Positions 21,403-32,380 of a stretch of DNA of 64,000 bases are shown here, one piece after another. Both the position numbers and the translations under genes were made by a program. Each line of letters opens with the position of its first letter. Position 1 is the first letter of the stretch. Where the stretch lies: positions 1,024,001 to 1,088,000 of the forward strand of contig OZ245003.1 in NCBI GenBank assembly GCA_965223425.1. Reading direction: 5' to 3'. The notes beneath the pieces are model-generated. The model had not been told where the DNA came from. It saw nothing but the letters and a program-made list of their open reading frames with translations, and did not search any database. This DNA is from Nitrosopumilus sp. (GTDB taxonomy: Archaea > Thermoproteota > Nitrososphaeria > Nitrososphaerales > Nitrosopumilaceae).

Positions 21403-22545
21403 ATGCCTCAATCGGGAATTGTCAAATATCATGTTAAACTTTCCTATGAAGTTGATGGGCTCGTTGAAAGAGCAGATATAATCGGAGCCATCTTTGGCCA
21501 AACAGAAGGACTGTTGGGCCCGGAGATGAATCTAAATGAACTGCAACGAGTTTCCAAAGTGGGCCGTATCGAGGTCAATGCAAAGTCTACAGCTAACACC
21601 ACATCTGGTGATGCTGTCATACCAATGAGTACTGATATTGACACGTGTGCATTGATTGCTGCTGGAATTGAAAGCATCGACAAGGTAGGTCCGTTTGACT
21701 GTAAATTCAGATTAGATGCTATTGACGATGTAAGAGCTGCAAAAAAAGATGACATTGTAAGGCGTGCAAAAGAAATCAAGCAAAAATGGGCGACAAAAAC
21801 CGTCAGTGAAGGAGAAACAATGCTAAATGATGTCCACCAAGGCGATACCGGAAAACTGTCTACATACGGCCCTTCAAAACTTACTTGTAGTTCCGGCGTG
21901 TTTGATTCTAACTGGATTATCCTAGTTGAAGGCAGAGCTGATGTGATTAATCTTTTAAGAGCAGGATATGATAATGCCCTTGCCATCGAAGGTGCAAAAA
22001 TAGATGAATCTATCAAAGAGCTATGTGATTCTAAAGACACTATTGTAGCATTTCTTGATGGAGACAGAGCAGGTGGATTTATTCTCAAAGAACTCGCATC
22101 TGTTGTTTCAGTAGATTATGAACTTAGGGCAGACAATGATGTCGAAGTCGAAGAATTGACTCCACAAAGAATTGATGAAATTCTCAAACCAGTTGCTGAT
22201 GAAATTAAAGATGGAAAACCAGCTCCTACACTCACAAACGAAGACGATAAACCACTTGCTGATATGGTCTCAAAGGTTTTCCCAAACCTAAATGAAACCC
22301 TTGAAGCAATTGCACTAGACGATGATCAAAACGAAATTTTCAAGGTTCCAATCAGCGAGGTTGTCAGCAAACTATCCACACAGTCAGGAATCAAATACCT
22401 TCTACTGGATGGAATCATTACTCAAAGACTTTTAGAAGGTGCCAAAAATGCAGGTATTCAGTGTGTTGTTGGCCATAGAATTGCTAAACTATCAAACTCT
22501 GATGGAATGACACTGAAAACATTTGGTGACTTGGGCATATCCTAG
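21403..22545 (+). CDS. dnaG: Archaeal DnaG-type TOPRIM protein
   Basis: GAIFGQTEGLLG, VEGRADV, FLDGDRAG. Confidence 0.95.
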   Translation: MPQSGIVKYHVKLSYEVDGLVERADIIGAIFGQTEGLLGPEMNLNELQRVSKVGRIEVNAKSTANTTSGDAVIPMSTDIDTCALIAAGIESIDKVGPFDCKFRLDAIDDVRAAKKDDIVRRAKEIKQKWATKTVSEGETMLNDVHQGDTGKLSTYGPSKLTCSSGVFDSNWIILVEGRADVINLLRAGYDNALAIEGAKIDESIKELCDSKDTIVAFLDGDRAGGFILKELASVVSVDYELRADNDVEVEELTPQRIDEILKPVADEIKDGKPAPTLTNEDDKPLADMVSKVFPNLNETLEAIALDDDQNEIFKVPISEVVSKLSTQSGIKYLLLDGIITQRLLEGAKNAGIQCVVGHRIAKLSNSDGMTLKTFGDLGIS

Positions 22546-22553
22546 GATTCTAG

Positions 22554-23237
22554 ATGACTGAACTAAAGATTCAGCACATCTTAACTCTCTCTTACTTGTT
22601 ATCTAAAGGGGCAAAATACAATTACGTTACTATTACCACTTCCTCACTTGGAAAGAATATCAAAAGGTCACAACAGGCTGCATCAAAACATTTGCTCGAA
22701 TTAGAACAAAATCAATTCATTGAGAGAATCATCAGTGGAAGGAATATCTCTGTAAAAATTACTCCCAAAGGATTCTCTGAAATGGTAAAACTGTCATCTG
22801 TTTTACAAAAAAGTCTAGATTCCTCCCCTTCCAGTGTTGAGCTAAAAGGATCTCTGGTTTCCGGAATGGGTGAGGGCGCATACTATATGGGGTTAAAAGG
22901 ATACACAAAACAGTTCAAAGCAAAAATAGGATATGTTCCATTTCCAGGAACTCTTAACGTTAGACTAGATAAAAAAATTCATCAAGAGGCAATCAAACAA
23001 TTTGAAACTTTAGAAGGCATCAAAATCAAGAGCTTTTCAGATGGCAAGCGAACCTATGGCTGGGTAAAATGTTTTCCTGCCAAACTCAACGGCTCAACAA
23101 ATTGCCAACTAATCATACTTGAACGAACTCATCATGATGACTCGATAATTGAGCTGATATCCAAAGTTTGTATAAGAAAATCTGAAAAACTAAAAGATGG
23201 CTCAAAAGTTTCAATCAAAATTCCAATCCCTTCCTAA
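22554..23237 (+). CDS. ribK: CTP-dependent riboflavin kinase with N-terminal wHTH
   Basis: SQQAASKHL, SGMGEGAYY, PFPGTLN. Confidence 0.93.
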   Translation: MTELKIQHILTLSYLLSKGAKYNYVTITTSSLGKNIKRSQQAASKHLLELEQNQFIERIISGRNISVKITPKGFSEMVKLSSVLQKSLDSSPSSVELKGSLVSGMGEGAYYMGLKGYTKQFKAKIGYVPFPGTLNVRLDKKIHQEAIKQFETLEGIKIKSFSDGKRTYGWVKCFPAKLNGSTNCQLIILERTHHDDSIIELISKVCIRKSEKLKDGSKVSIKIPIPS

Positions 23238-23854
23238 ATTCCATGGATTGATTTGCCATACTCTTTTTCTATTTTAGAGCTGGAGCTTTCAGGTATTGGA
23301 GACTGTAATCTTGCAACCTTTGCATCTAGGTTGATCCTTTTGCATCCGTCTGTGATGAATTTTTCTTGATGGACCTGATCATACCCTAACGCAATAATTT
23401 GCGGCCTTGCCCGATCGACAGTTTTGAATATGTCATCTTCCTGTCCAATTAGACAGAGATCTACAACTGAGAGTGAGTTTACTAGTTCCTGTCTCTGCTC
23501 TTGGTTGTGTAACGGACTCCGTTTCTTCATTTTTATTGTTGTGTTGTCTGTTGCAACAACAACAACCAAAACATCCCCGAGTGCTTTTGCTGCGTTTAAT
23601 GTATGGATATGGCCCGGATGAATAATGTCAAAAACCCCCCCTGCTAATACAACATGTAGCGAGTTTCTTCCAATCTCTGTAATGGTATTCCTGTCCTCGT
23701 TAACAAGTTGGTTCTTTACCAATTCATCAATTTTTGCGTTAATTACTTCTTCAGAAAGCATACTTTGCCTCATTATTTGTTCGATCGGTGATTTTCCATT
23801 AATCTGACATACATACATGGCAGAAAGAATTGCTTTTTCACTTAGTTCCAACAT
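23234..23854 (-). CDS. ribL: FAD synthetase/cytidylyltransferase family
   Basis: GGVFDIIHPGH, ALGYDQ, SSSKI; adjacent to ribK. Confidence 0.82.
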   Translation of the reverse strand: MLELSEKAILSAMYVCQINGKSPIEQIMRQSMLSEEVINAKIDELVKNQLVNEDRNTITEIGRNSLHVVLAGGVFDIIHPGHIHTLNAAKALGDVLVVVVATDNTTIKMKKRSPLHNQEQRQELVNSLSVVDLCLIGQEDDIFKTVDRARPQIIALGYDQVHQEKFITDGCKRINLDAKVARLQSPIPESSSSKIEKEYGKSIHGI

Positions 23855-24334
23855 TCTTCTTATTTCTAGACCCTCTCTTTAATTCATCGCTAAAGGGTTC
23901 TGATCACATGTAAACTACCAGCTTATAGTAGTGGTGTTGGCTGACCCCTTGTGTTACTCCAGTCGGTGTGTGCGGGTCATGGCGTTGTCTGTCTCAGCAG
24001 ATGAAAATGTACTCTTGACTCTCCTAGGATCCAAGTTTTAAACCAACTATGAAAACAATTCAGACAGAAAAAGCAATTGATCAGCGCCTCTGTTGTTCCT
24101 TATGTATGACCAAAAAGATCAACTGGGACACCATCTCGATACGGCAGACAAGGCATTTAAAATGTTGCCTGGCATTGAAGTTGTTGCGTAACTCGTGCCC
24201 GTGTCTGTTTTTATCAAAATCGTTGACGATTTTATCTACATCACGCAGTGATTATGGCAGATAAGCGCCCATGTTGGATTCTTTCTAGTGTCATGCGTAA
24301 TCTTTTTGATCGTTTTTCAATCCAAATTACTATG

Positions 24335-24979
24335 TCACAGATCAAGATCCCTCTTGATCTGCTCGTACTCCTCTTTGCTGATCTCACCAGTGGCGTACCT
24401 ATGCTTGAGGGTTTCTAGCGGGTTGGATTTGCGGTTATGAATCTGCTCGTACTCCTCCTTTGTTATCTCACCAGCTGCGTATTTGTTCTTCAGATCAGTA
24501 AGCTCAGATGAAAACGACTCGTCCACAACATGCTCTTCTAGGACATCATGGATCCTGTTGAATGCATCTGCCATCTTATGGTCGTATCCGGTTACTCCGG
24601 CAGAATACCCCTCATAGGTTGACTTGAAGGTGGTTTGGTTCCCGATTGCTTCCTTCAGGTAAAATTTCATGTACCGACTTTTGGATCCGTAATGGTCAGC
24701 GGCGGCTCCTAGACCCATTGTTATCATTCCATACGCGGCCTTTACCTTCTTGCTACTGCCACGTCCCCCGTAGGCCGTGATCCTTTTGTAGGGAACGGTT
24801 TCATCATTGACGATAGTGAATGTGGTTTTTCTCTTGATTCTGTCAATTATTATCTCATAGACCTCCTTAGGGCTGAGGTTAAGCAGGACATTGTCCCATG
24901 CTTGGAGTCGATCCATTCCCGCAGGAGCCTTTTCACCCTTGTTTACATCTGACCCGAAATTAGGTATAAATCGTATCAT
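24335..24979 (-). CDS. Protein with two C-terminal SHOCT domains
   Basis: LKNKYAAGEITKEEYEQ and LKHRYATGEISKEEYEQ. Confidence 0.8.
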   Translation of the reverse strand: MIRFIPNFGSDVNKGEKAPAGMDRLQAWDNVLLNLSPKEVYEIIIDRIKRKTTFTIVNDETVPYKRITAYGGRGSSKKVKAAYGMITMGLGAAADHYGSKSRYMKFYLKEAIGNQTTFKSTYEGYSAGVTGYDHKMADAFNRIHDVLEEHVVDESFSSELTDLKNKYAAGEITKEEYEQIHNRKSNPLETLKHRYATGEISKEEYEQIKRDLDL

Positions 24980-25492
24980 AGACGGTAAAAAACAAGACGT
25001 TCTCGCTTATTATTATATCGGTTTTCAGCTAAGCGAAATGTGTCCCAAGCCTGAGATCATGTAGGCGGTTTGGACTGGCGTATGGGAAGTGATTCCAGCT
25101 GCACCCTAAACGTCAGCATGGTCATGGCACTGCCTTTCAGTGCCGTCAGAAAGCATTGCCCTGACAATTATCCATTCATTGTACAATACCAGAGAATGGT
25201 AAAAGCACAGCATCCGCGATTCCATGTCTGTGATCCGTGTCTTGGCCCCGCACTCCTCGATTTTGCCGTACTCATCTCTATCCCCCATCTTTTGGCATAG
25301 ACCTCGGTCCTGACTGCGGGATGGTTTGTTGCAAACCCGATGTACCTCCTTCTGGGCCATCAGAGTCTTTGGCCTTTTTCCTGTCAGTTATTATCATGGA
25401 ATATTCAGCAGAACCCAGGTTGTTTTCAATTACGTTCCCTGAGATCTTTCCTTCTCTTCCCCTGTGCAAACTCTTGCAGGCGGCCACCACGT

Positions 25493-26864
25493 CAGTAGTT
25501 CCCAGATGTAGATTTACCGCAACCGCAACTGGCATCGGTTCTACTTGCCTCGATCATTGACAAACAACTCGTTTCTGCTTGTAATGTACACGATAAACAG
25601 CGCCATGGTGAGTTTTTTTCCCGCAGAAGACGCTCTTCCGTGCCTCTTTCCCGCATCAAGGCAGAACCTGGCAATCCTCCACAGGTTGTACAGCAGCAGC
25701 GGCAGGTAAAACATCAGCAGCCTCACAGACAGGGAGTTGCTGCATGTCCTGCCCATGATCTCCTTTATGACGCGAAACCCCGTCTCGATGCCCCATCTTG
25801 CGGTACTGCTCCGGTATGATGCCTGTCATGGCTCTGGCGCTCCTGATGGGAATGTTTGTTGCAAACGCAATGTATTGCTCCTCCCCCTCCTCTTCCCCCT
25901 CCCCCTTTTTCTTCTTCTTCTTCCTGTCTCTTTTGACAATTACAAGGTTGTAGGTCACAGTTACGCCGTCTTTGTTGGTCATTGACTGCTGCGATACCTG
26001 GCTTGCCTTTCCGTCCTTGTACATCTTGACTATCCTCTTGATCTTGGAGTTCATGATGACAGGCATAATGTAGCGGCACCCGCCCTTTCCTGCCTCTGTC
26101 ATGCAGTCAACGTTGTAAAAGGCGCGGTCGTACAGGAACACAATCTTTGAGTGTGCGCCCCCCCTCTGAGGATTTTCGTGCGTGTTTTGGCTATAAAATC
26201 GGCCAGTTTTTCCTTTGCCGGCAGCAGCTTCGATTCCAGGACAACCTGCGAGGAGTCCCTGCCGACTCCGTGCACTGCGACATACGAGAGAAACGTGGAT
26301 GTTCCTGCCCTTGGACGCGACTTTCTTGTATGCTCCTGCAGCTGCTCCCCATGGTATGGTATGTCCGTAACGTCTATTGCAATGGCGTCGATGTCCTGCA
26401 GCATTCCTGCACGGCGGGCGTGCCGCACCGTGCGTGCCAGCGTCCTTGCACACCAGGCCTGCACGTCTGCCGGTTCGACGCCACGGACTGCAGACATGAC
26501 CAGGTCTGCATCAGGCGTACGTGCACCCGTGTCTTGAAGCCTGTTGTGCCGTACGAGGGATTCTACAAACGTGTTTCTCTCAGACGCCTTGATTAGCACG
26601 TCCAGTATGTCATTGCATCCGTATACGGCGTTGTGCCTCTCAGACATTGGCATGCCAAGCTTTTGAAACGACGAGCGCAGGATTTTAAACCGGTTTGATG
26701 TTATATTGTACTGGCGTGCGATCAGTTCGTCATGTAATTCGACTTTCATGACATATTGCACGCCGTAGCCTAATCTGGATCTTTGCATTGCAGTTATGCG
26801 GTAACGCACCGGCATCTGGGCATAAACCTACATCTAGGCACAAATCTACATCTGGGAACTACTG
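25493..26864 (-). mobile_element. Element B copy 1: ISH3-like IS with frameshifted transposase
   Basis: TIR CAGTAGTTCCCAGATGTAGATTT, ACGT TSD; ORFs 26099-26815, 25656-26453 and 25541-25756 are pieces of the 422-aa protein of copy 2. Confidence 0.93.
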
Positions 26865-27453
26865 ACGTTGTACGTGTTCTTGCACGGCATCAGAAACTTT
26901 ACGTTGTTTTCCTGCAGCCTGCTTATCGCATCAACTGAGAAGAACTCACGGTCAAGCAACGCCAGGTGTATCCTGATGCCCCCATCCCTGCCATGGTTTT
27001 GAGGACGGCATCCACGTAATCAGGCACGGATTCGAGCATCTTCAGGTATGATGCGGCAAGAACGATACGCATCTTGTCATTTACGCACTGGACTGTCATG
27101 TAGCGCTCAAGTATTTGGTTCCGTTCTTGTATTTGGAACGTGTCAGCTCCGCCCCCGGTACCCTGTCATAGCGCGGTATGAGGTGCATGTCGATTGCCAT
27201 GTCCAGTCCTTTTTTTGGAACCCTGCCCAGTCTTTTGAGGGTTTCAAGATGCCTTGCTATCTGGCCTTCAAGCGTGTGCTGGATTGCATCCTGCTCAATT
27301 CCCCTGATTGCCGATGCAATCCACCTGTCAGACGGGGCATTGCAGCCCTTGCGCCTTTGCGCCTTTGCGCATCCGCCCACAGAGGAATCCATGGTGGCAG
27401 CCTTTAGCATGCCGCAGTTCAGATCATCTGATCCAAACGTTGCGTTGTACCTG

Positions 27454-28595
27454 TAGTTAGCACATTAAATAATTGAACATTTTCACAGGCAGGATCTCCT
27501 TTCTGGCAAACAGCTTGCGTACTGACTGCTCCATCTCATCTAGCGTGCCAAACACTTTTGCAGACAGTACCCGTTTTATCACCCTCCACTGCATCTCAAT
27601 GGGATTAAGCTCCGGCGTGTACGGCAGCAGGTACTCCAGAACTATCTCGCCGTTGTATCTTTCCAGAAACTCCCTTGCCTTTTTGGATTTGTGATATGAC
27701 GCATTGTCTACAAACAGCAGCACCTTGCCGAATCTTTTGTGAACCCGTTCCAAAAAGCTGCAAAAGCTGTCGCTGTTTGACTTTTCATAAAACATAAAGT
27801 AAAATGCGTTTGCCGCCAAAGCTCCAAAGATGTATCTTCTTTCGCGTGACAAAACAGAGGGGGATGTGGCGCGCTTGCCGCGCCTTCTCCACCCGTAGCC
27901 GGGCCTGTTTGATGCCTTTTGAATCGAGGATGCATCGCCGGCCAGTACGGTGTATCCCTGCGCCGACTTTTCTGCAACGAGTTTTTTTGCCCGCTCCTGA
28001 AACTCTTTTTGCTTTCTTTTTGAGGCTGATCTTGGGTTTTTTGGACGCGCCTTGCTCCACGAAAAGCCCATCTCCCTGACCAGCTGCAGCGCGCCTGTCT
28101 TGCTGTACTGCACGCCGAACTTTTTCTTGATGTGCAGCCTTACCAGGTTGGAATCCCACAGGCTGCTCTCAAAGCCGCATGACTCCGGGCCCGCATCCAG
28201 GTCTGCTGCAAGCTGTCTTGCCTGCGGCCCGCCTATCAGGTGCTTTCGTCCCCTGCCGCTGCGCTCGAACCTTGCGCGTATTCCCTCGTCCTGTGCGCGG
28301 TTGAGCCATGCAGATATGGTGGACTTGGGCCTTCCCAGCATCCCTCCGATCCTGTCTAGCGGCACGCCGTCCTTGCGCTGCATGTACGCAAGCAGCCTGT
28401 CGCGCCTTCTGGGATCGGTCTCTTTTTTGTATGCCCTTTTGAGGTCTGCAACGCTGGTGTTTGGCAGAAATTTTGCCCCCCTTGCAACCTGTCTCTTTTT
28501 TTGTTTGTACATGCAGTGTGTGCGGTATGGCCGGTCTTGGATCTTTTGGCCAAAAATAATTGTCAAAATGGTTCAGGTTTTTTATGTACTTACTA
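27454..28595 (-). mobile_element. Element C copy 1: IS630-family IS, 1142 bp
   Basis: Imperfect TIRs TAGTAAGTACATAAAAAA / TAGTTAGCACATTAAATAA; TG on both sides on the + strand. Confidence 0.93.
27457..28566 (-). CDS. IS630-family transposase (intact)
   Basis: HTH region, AGDAS, FVDNASYH, LPYTPELNPIEMQW. Confidence 0.95.
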   Translation of the reverse strand: MTIIFGQKIQDRPYRTHCMYKQKKRQVARGAKFLPNTSVADLKRAYKKETDPRRRDRLLAYMQRKDGVPLDRIGGMLGRPKSTISAWLNRAQDEGIRARFERSGRGRKHLIGGPQARQLAADLDAGPESCGFESSLWDSNLVRLHIKKKFGVQYSKTGALQLVREMGFSWSKARPKNPRSASKRKQKEFQERAKKLVAEKSAQGYTVLAGDASSIQKASNRPGYGWRRRGKRATSPSVLSRERRYIFGALAANAFYFMFYEKSNSDSFCSFLERVHKRFGKVLLFVDNASYHKSKKAREFLERYNGEIVLEYLLPYTPELNPIEMQWRVIKRVLSAKVFGTLDEMEQSVRKLFARKEILPVKMFNYLMC

Positions 28596-28641
28596 TGTCT
28601 GATGTGTTGGCGCATGCAAGCATGTTTTTGGCGCCGTCTGC

Positions 28642-29867
28642 GGTGCTGTCCAAATTTTTCCCGGAAATTTCCAGAAAAGCTTATAGATCATGACGAAATC
28701 CTGCTGCAAGGCTTTTGGATCACGGGCTTGGCACCATGTCAATGTCAAAACGACGAAAAAAGGGCAGGAAAAACGGACAGCATGACGCCCACGTCCGAAG
28801 GTACAGGATCCAGATGTGCCGGAACTATTCAGCATACGAGAAGAAGCGGAGGGGCGAGGGCAACAAGATAGTGACGAGGATCAAAAAACTCAAAGAAATG
28901 ATCCCCGCCGTCTTGGAGGGCGCCTCCAAGGACGAGACATCGGCACTATTGTGCGTGCTGGACATGGTGTTCCGTAACCACTCGTACAGGGTTCACGTCA
29001 CGTACATGGAACTGCACCCGGGTACGGTAAACGCCTACGGCCTAAAAAGGATTCCATCAAAATCGTCACTGCACAACATGGCAAAAGCGCTGTCAGGGAG
29101 GATCGAGCAGCTCGCAGGACTGCTTCTGGCACAGGCAGGAGACGACGCGCGCGGCACCGTCATAGGCGACTCGTCTGGGTTCTCCATCATGAATTACGTG
29201 GACTGGGAGGACGCCAAGAAAGGACTCGTCTCAAGGCGCGAGTTTGACAAGCTGCACGTGCTGGTGGCCCCGCACGGCATGATATCTGCGTGCGAGGTGA
29301 CGTACGGCAGAAAGCACGACTCGCCGGTGTTCTGCGACATGTACGGGAGGATCCCGCACGGCGACACCGGCGGCCACGTCCTGCTGGATGCGGCATACCT
29401 CTCAAGGAAGAACTGCCGTATCATTGCAGACAGCGGAAGGGAGCCGGTCATATGTCCCAAGAAGAACTCTGTTCCCAGGGGGTTTAACCCCATGGGAAAA
29501 ATGCTTCGCTGGCACAGGGACGACCCGTGCGGGTTTGCAAAGGCCTACGGCCAGCGCAGCCTGGTGGAGAACACGTTTTCTGTCATGAAGGAGAGGTTCG
29601 GCGCAGTCGCCCGTGCAAGGACGGCATCCATGAGAAGGCTGCAGCTTGTCCTAAAGTGCATCTGCTACAACCTGGTCGCATAAGACTGCCGTAATGCGGA
29701 GAGGGCTTTCCCAGCGTAAGCTGTACTCCTGCTTGCCATTCTTTGGGACAAGGCACCTGATGACGGTGTCACCGGTATTCTTCTGGCATGGGCAGCACCG
29801 ATGCTTGCCTGTTTTTGCGCAAAAATCACGAAACATGTGATCGAAATCAGTCAATTTGGACAGCACC
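28642..29867 (+). mobile_element. Element A copy 1: IS5-like IS, intact
   Basis: TIR GGTGCTGTCCAAATT at both ends; perfect 9-bp TSD GCCGTCTGC (28633-28641 / 29868-29876). Confidence 0.93.
28715..29683 (+). CDS. IS5-like DDE transposase
   Basis: IGDSSGF, KLHV, HDSPVF, LLDAAY, YGQRSLVENTFSVMK. Confidence 0.92.
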   Translation: MDHGLGTMSMSKRRKKGRKNGQHDAHVRRYRIQMCRNYSAYEKKRRGEGNKIVTRIKKLKEMIPAVLEGASKDETSALLCVLDMVFRNHSYRVHVTYMELHPGTVNAYGLKRIPSKSSLHNMAKALSGRIEQLAGLLLAQAGDDARGTVIGDSSGFSIMNYVDWEDAKKGLVSRREFDKLHVLVAPHGMISACEVTYGRKHDSPVFCDMYGRIPHGDTGGHVLLDAAYLSRKNCRIIADSGREPVICPKKNSVPRGFNPMGKMLRWHRDDPCGFAKAYGQRSLVENTFSVMKERFGAVARARTASMRRLQLVLKCICYNLVA

Positions 29868-30033
29868 GCCGTCTGCAACATCTTCATATATGCGTGGGTT
29901 GTTTAACAGTTCGCGGCCCTGTCTGGTTTTTTGTCTCAACAACAGAAATCATGGGGTCGTACCCTCATTGATCTGTTTGCATTTTGTAGCCGATTTGGCC
30001 CGAATTAGAGCATATTTCGCTTAGCTGCCAATA

Positions 30034-30071
30034 TGGAAAACATTAATACCATGTGGAAATATTATTTACCA
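30034..30071 (+). promoter_or_regulatory. Two tandem imperfect palindromic boxes, putative autoregulatory operators
   Basis: TGGAAAACATTAATACCA (30034-30051) and TGGAAATATTATTTACCA (30054-30071) immediately before the HTH-MNT ATG. Confidence 0.5.
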
Positions 30072-30074
30072 TAC

Positions 30075-30680
30075 ATGAAACTGCACGGATATCTGGAACA
30101 ACTGCTTGGCAGCAAGGCCTCAATCAGCGTACTTCGTACCCTAGTAAGACACAAGGGCAAGATATTTACCATAAGGAGACTGGCACACGATGCACACGTC
30201 TCACATCCCAGAGTGTCCAAAACAGTCAAGGGATTGGACAAGCTTGGGGTTGTGCAGATCCAGCCAATAGGCAGATCCCATCAAGTCTCACTGAATGAAA
30301 AAAGCCACATCCTCAAAAGGATCATAGTGCCGATGTTTGAGGCCGAAGAGCGGACACTTGACCAGATGATCTTGGTTCTCAAAAGATACTTGGGTGCGGA
30401 AAAAAATACCTCGGCTGCAATCTTTGGAAGTGTTCCAAAAAGTCAGGAGAAGGAAGGTAGCGACATTGACGTCCTTATCATATCAGATGATTTTGACGGC
30501 GCCATCGCCGCAGCATCAGATGCCGGTGAGGAGATATTTGCGAAATTCCACGGCAGGATCTCCCCAATTGTCTTCTCAGAGTCCGAATTAAGGTTAAAAA
30601 AGAGAAGCGGTCTTGTATGTTCCATACTGGACAACCATACTATGGTATATGGGAGGAATCTGGAGGATCTATTGAAATGA
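30075..30680 (+). CDS. wHTH-fused minimal nucleotidyltransferase (MNT antitoxin-like)
   Basis: N-terminal HTH (IRRLAHDAHVSHPRV), IFGS...SDIDVLII. Confidence 0.88.
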   Translation: MKLHGYLEQLLGSKASISVLRTLVRHKGKIFTIRRLAHDAHVSHPRVSKTVKGLDKLGVVQIQPIGRSHQVSLNEKSHILKRIIVPMFEAEERTLDQMILVLKRYLGAEKNTSAAIFGSVPKSQEKEGSDIDVLIISDDFDGAIAAASDAGEEIFAKFHGRISPIVFSESELRLKKRSGLVCSILDNHTMVYGRNLEDLLK

Positions 30681-31063
30681 GAGACGTTGATCCCAGTGAG
30701 GCGACAAACTATCTCACAAAATCAGAGGAGTTTTTGGAGATGGCCAAGCTTGCAGCACAGAATGCAAAGTACAACAGCACAGTGACTGGTGCCGTGCACA
30801 GTGCCATCAGTGCGCTGGATGCGCTGACCACATCGTACAAGGGAAGACGCGCCTCAGATGACCACACCCAGGCGCTGTCACTTGTCAAGGGGATATTTTC
30901 CCCGCAGGAGTACCGTGAGATCAAGAGACAGTTTACCTCATTAATAGACAAAAAGAATGCAGCAGAGTACCAGCCAGATCTCATGGAACCAAAGGATGCC
31001 CAAGACTCTGTAAAGTGGGCAGAAAGAATCGTTAGCAGAGTCAAAAAGAGACTGGATCCGTAA
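30677..31063 (+). CDS. HEPN-domain protein
   Basis: YLTKSEEFLEMA..AVHSAISALDAL..KKNAAEY; ATGA overlap with the MNT gene. Confidence 0.85.
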   Translation: MRDVDPSEATNYLTKSEEFLEMAKLAAQNAKYNSTVTGAVHSAISALDALTTSYKGRRASDDHTQALSLVKGIFSPQEYREIKRQFTSLIDKKNAAEYQPDLMEPKDAQDSVKWAERIVSRVKKRLDP

Positions 31064-31238
31064 GCCCATGTACTTAATTTGATGTATTGGACCGACGGTG
31101 CTGTCCAAATTGACTGATTTCGATCACATGTTTCGTGATTTTTGCGCAAAAACAGGCAAGACGGCGGTGCTGCCCATGCCAGAAGAATACCGGTGACACC
31201 GTCATCAGGTACTGCCTTGTCCCAAAGAATGGCAAGCA

Positions 31239-32380
31239 TAGTAAGTACATAAAAAACCTGAACCATTTTGACAATTATTTTTGGCCAAAAGATCCAAGAC
31301 CGGCCATATCGCACACACTGCATGTACAAACAAAAAAAGAGACAGGTTGCAAGGGGGGCAAAATTTCTGCCAAACACCAGCGTTGCAGACCTCAAAAGGG
31401 CATACAAAAAAGAGACCGATCCCAGAAGGCGCGACAGGCTGCTTGCGTACATGCAGCGCAAGGACGGCGTGCCGCTAGACAGGATCGGAGGGATGCTGGG
31501 AAGGCCCAAGTCCACCATATCTGCATGGCTCAACCGCGCACAGGACGAGGGAATACGCGCAAGGTTCGAGCGCAGCGGCAGGGGACGAAAGCACCTGATA
31601 GGCGGGCCGCAGGCAAGACAGCTTGCAGCAGACCTGGATGCGGGGCCGGAGTCATGCGGCTTTGAGAGCAGCCTGTGGGATTCCAACCTGGTAAGGCTGC
31701 ACATCAAGAAAAAGTTCGGCGTGCAGTACAGCAAGACAGGCGCGCTGCAGCTGGTCAGGGAGATGGGCTTTTCGTGGAGCAAGGCGCGTCCAAAAAACCC
31801 AAGATCAGCCTCAAAAAGAAAGCAAAAAGAGTTTCAGGAGCGGGCAAAAAAACTCGTTGCAGAAAAGTCGGCGCAGGGATACACCGTACTGGCCGGCGAT
31901 GCATCCTCGATTCAAAAGGCATCAAACAGGCCCGGCTACGGGTGGAGAAGGCGCGGCAAGCGCGCCACATCCCCCTCTGTTTTGTCACGCGAAAGAAGAT
32001 ACATCTTTGGAGCTTTGGCGGCAAACGCATTTTACTTTATGTTTTATGAAAAGTCAAACAGCGACAGCTTTTGCAGCTTTTTGGAACGGGTTCACAAAAG
32101 ATTCGGCAAGGTGCTGCTGTTTGTAGACAATGCGTCATATCACAAATCCAAAAAGGCAAGGGAGTTTCTGGAAAGATACAACGGCGAGATAGTTCTGGAG
32201 TACCTGCTGCCGTACACGCCGGAGCTTAATCCCATTGAGATGCAGTGGAGGGTGATAAAACGGGTACTGTCTGCAAAAGTGTTTGGCACGCTAGATGAGA
32301 TGGAGCAGTCAGTACGCAAGCTGTTTGCCAGAAAGGAGATCCTGCCTGTGAAAATGTTCAATTATTTAATGTGCTAACTA
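31239..32380 (+). mobile_element. Element C copy 2: IS630-family IS, 1142 bp
   Basis: Near-identical to C1; CA on both sides. Confidence 0.94.
31268..32377 (+). CDS. IS630-family transposase (intact)
   Basis: Protein identical to 27457-28566 in the ORF track. Confidence 0.95.
   Translation: MTIIFGQKIQDRPYRTHCMYKQKKRQVARGAKFLPNTSVADLKRAYKKETDPRRRDRLLAYMQRKDGVPLDRIGGMLGRPKSTISAWLNRAQDEGIRARFERSGRGRKHLIGGPQARQLAADLDAGPESCGFESSLWDSNLVRLHIKKKFGVQYSKTGALQLVREMGFSWSKARPKNPRSASKRKQKEFQERAKKLVAEKSAQGYTVLAGDASSIQKASNRPGYGWRRRGKRATSPSVLSRERRYIFGALAANAFYFMFYEKSNSDSFCSFLERVHKRFGKVLLFVDNASYHKSKKAREFLERYNGEIVLEYLLPYTPELNPIEMQWRVIKRVLSAKVFGTLDEMEQSVRKLFARKEILPVKMFNYLMC

Larger units (their letters stand above)
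25026..30027 (-). mobile_element. Element D: degenerate ISH3-like IS hosting three nested insertions
   Basis: TIRs CAGCTAAGCGAAATGTG / CATATTTCGCTTAGCTG; transposase fragments (AIDMHLIP, LLDREFFS, KRWGIE-like) rejoin once the nested elements are removed; no TSD. Confidence 0.88.

Noticed and set aside
23895-23950. GGGTTCTG resembling the TnpB-element TIR
   Set aside because: Only ~7 bp match and no partner end.
24109-24129. ACCAAAAAGATCAACTGGGAC nearly matches ~35874-35894
   Set aside because: A short isolated match with no extension or assignable element; left unexplained.
30709-31782. 357-aa minus-strand ORF
   Set aside because: Antisense read-through across HEPN, the A end and the IS630 element; not a gene.
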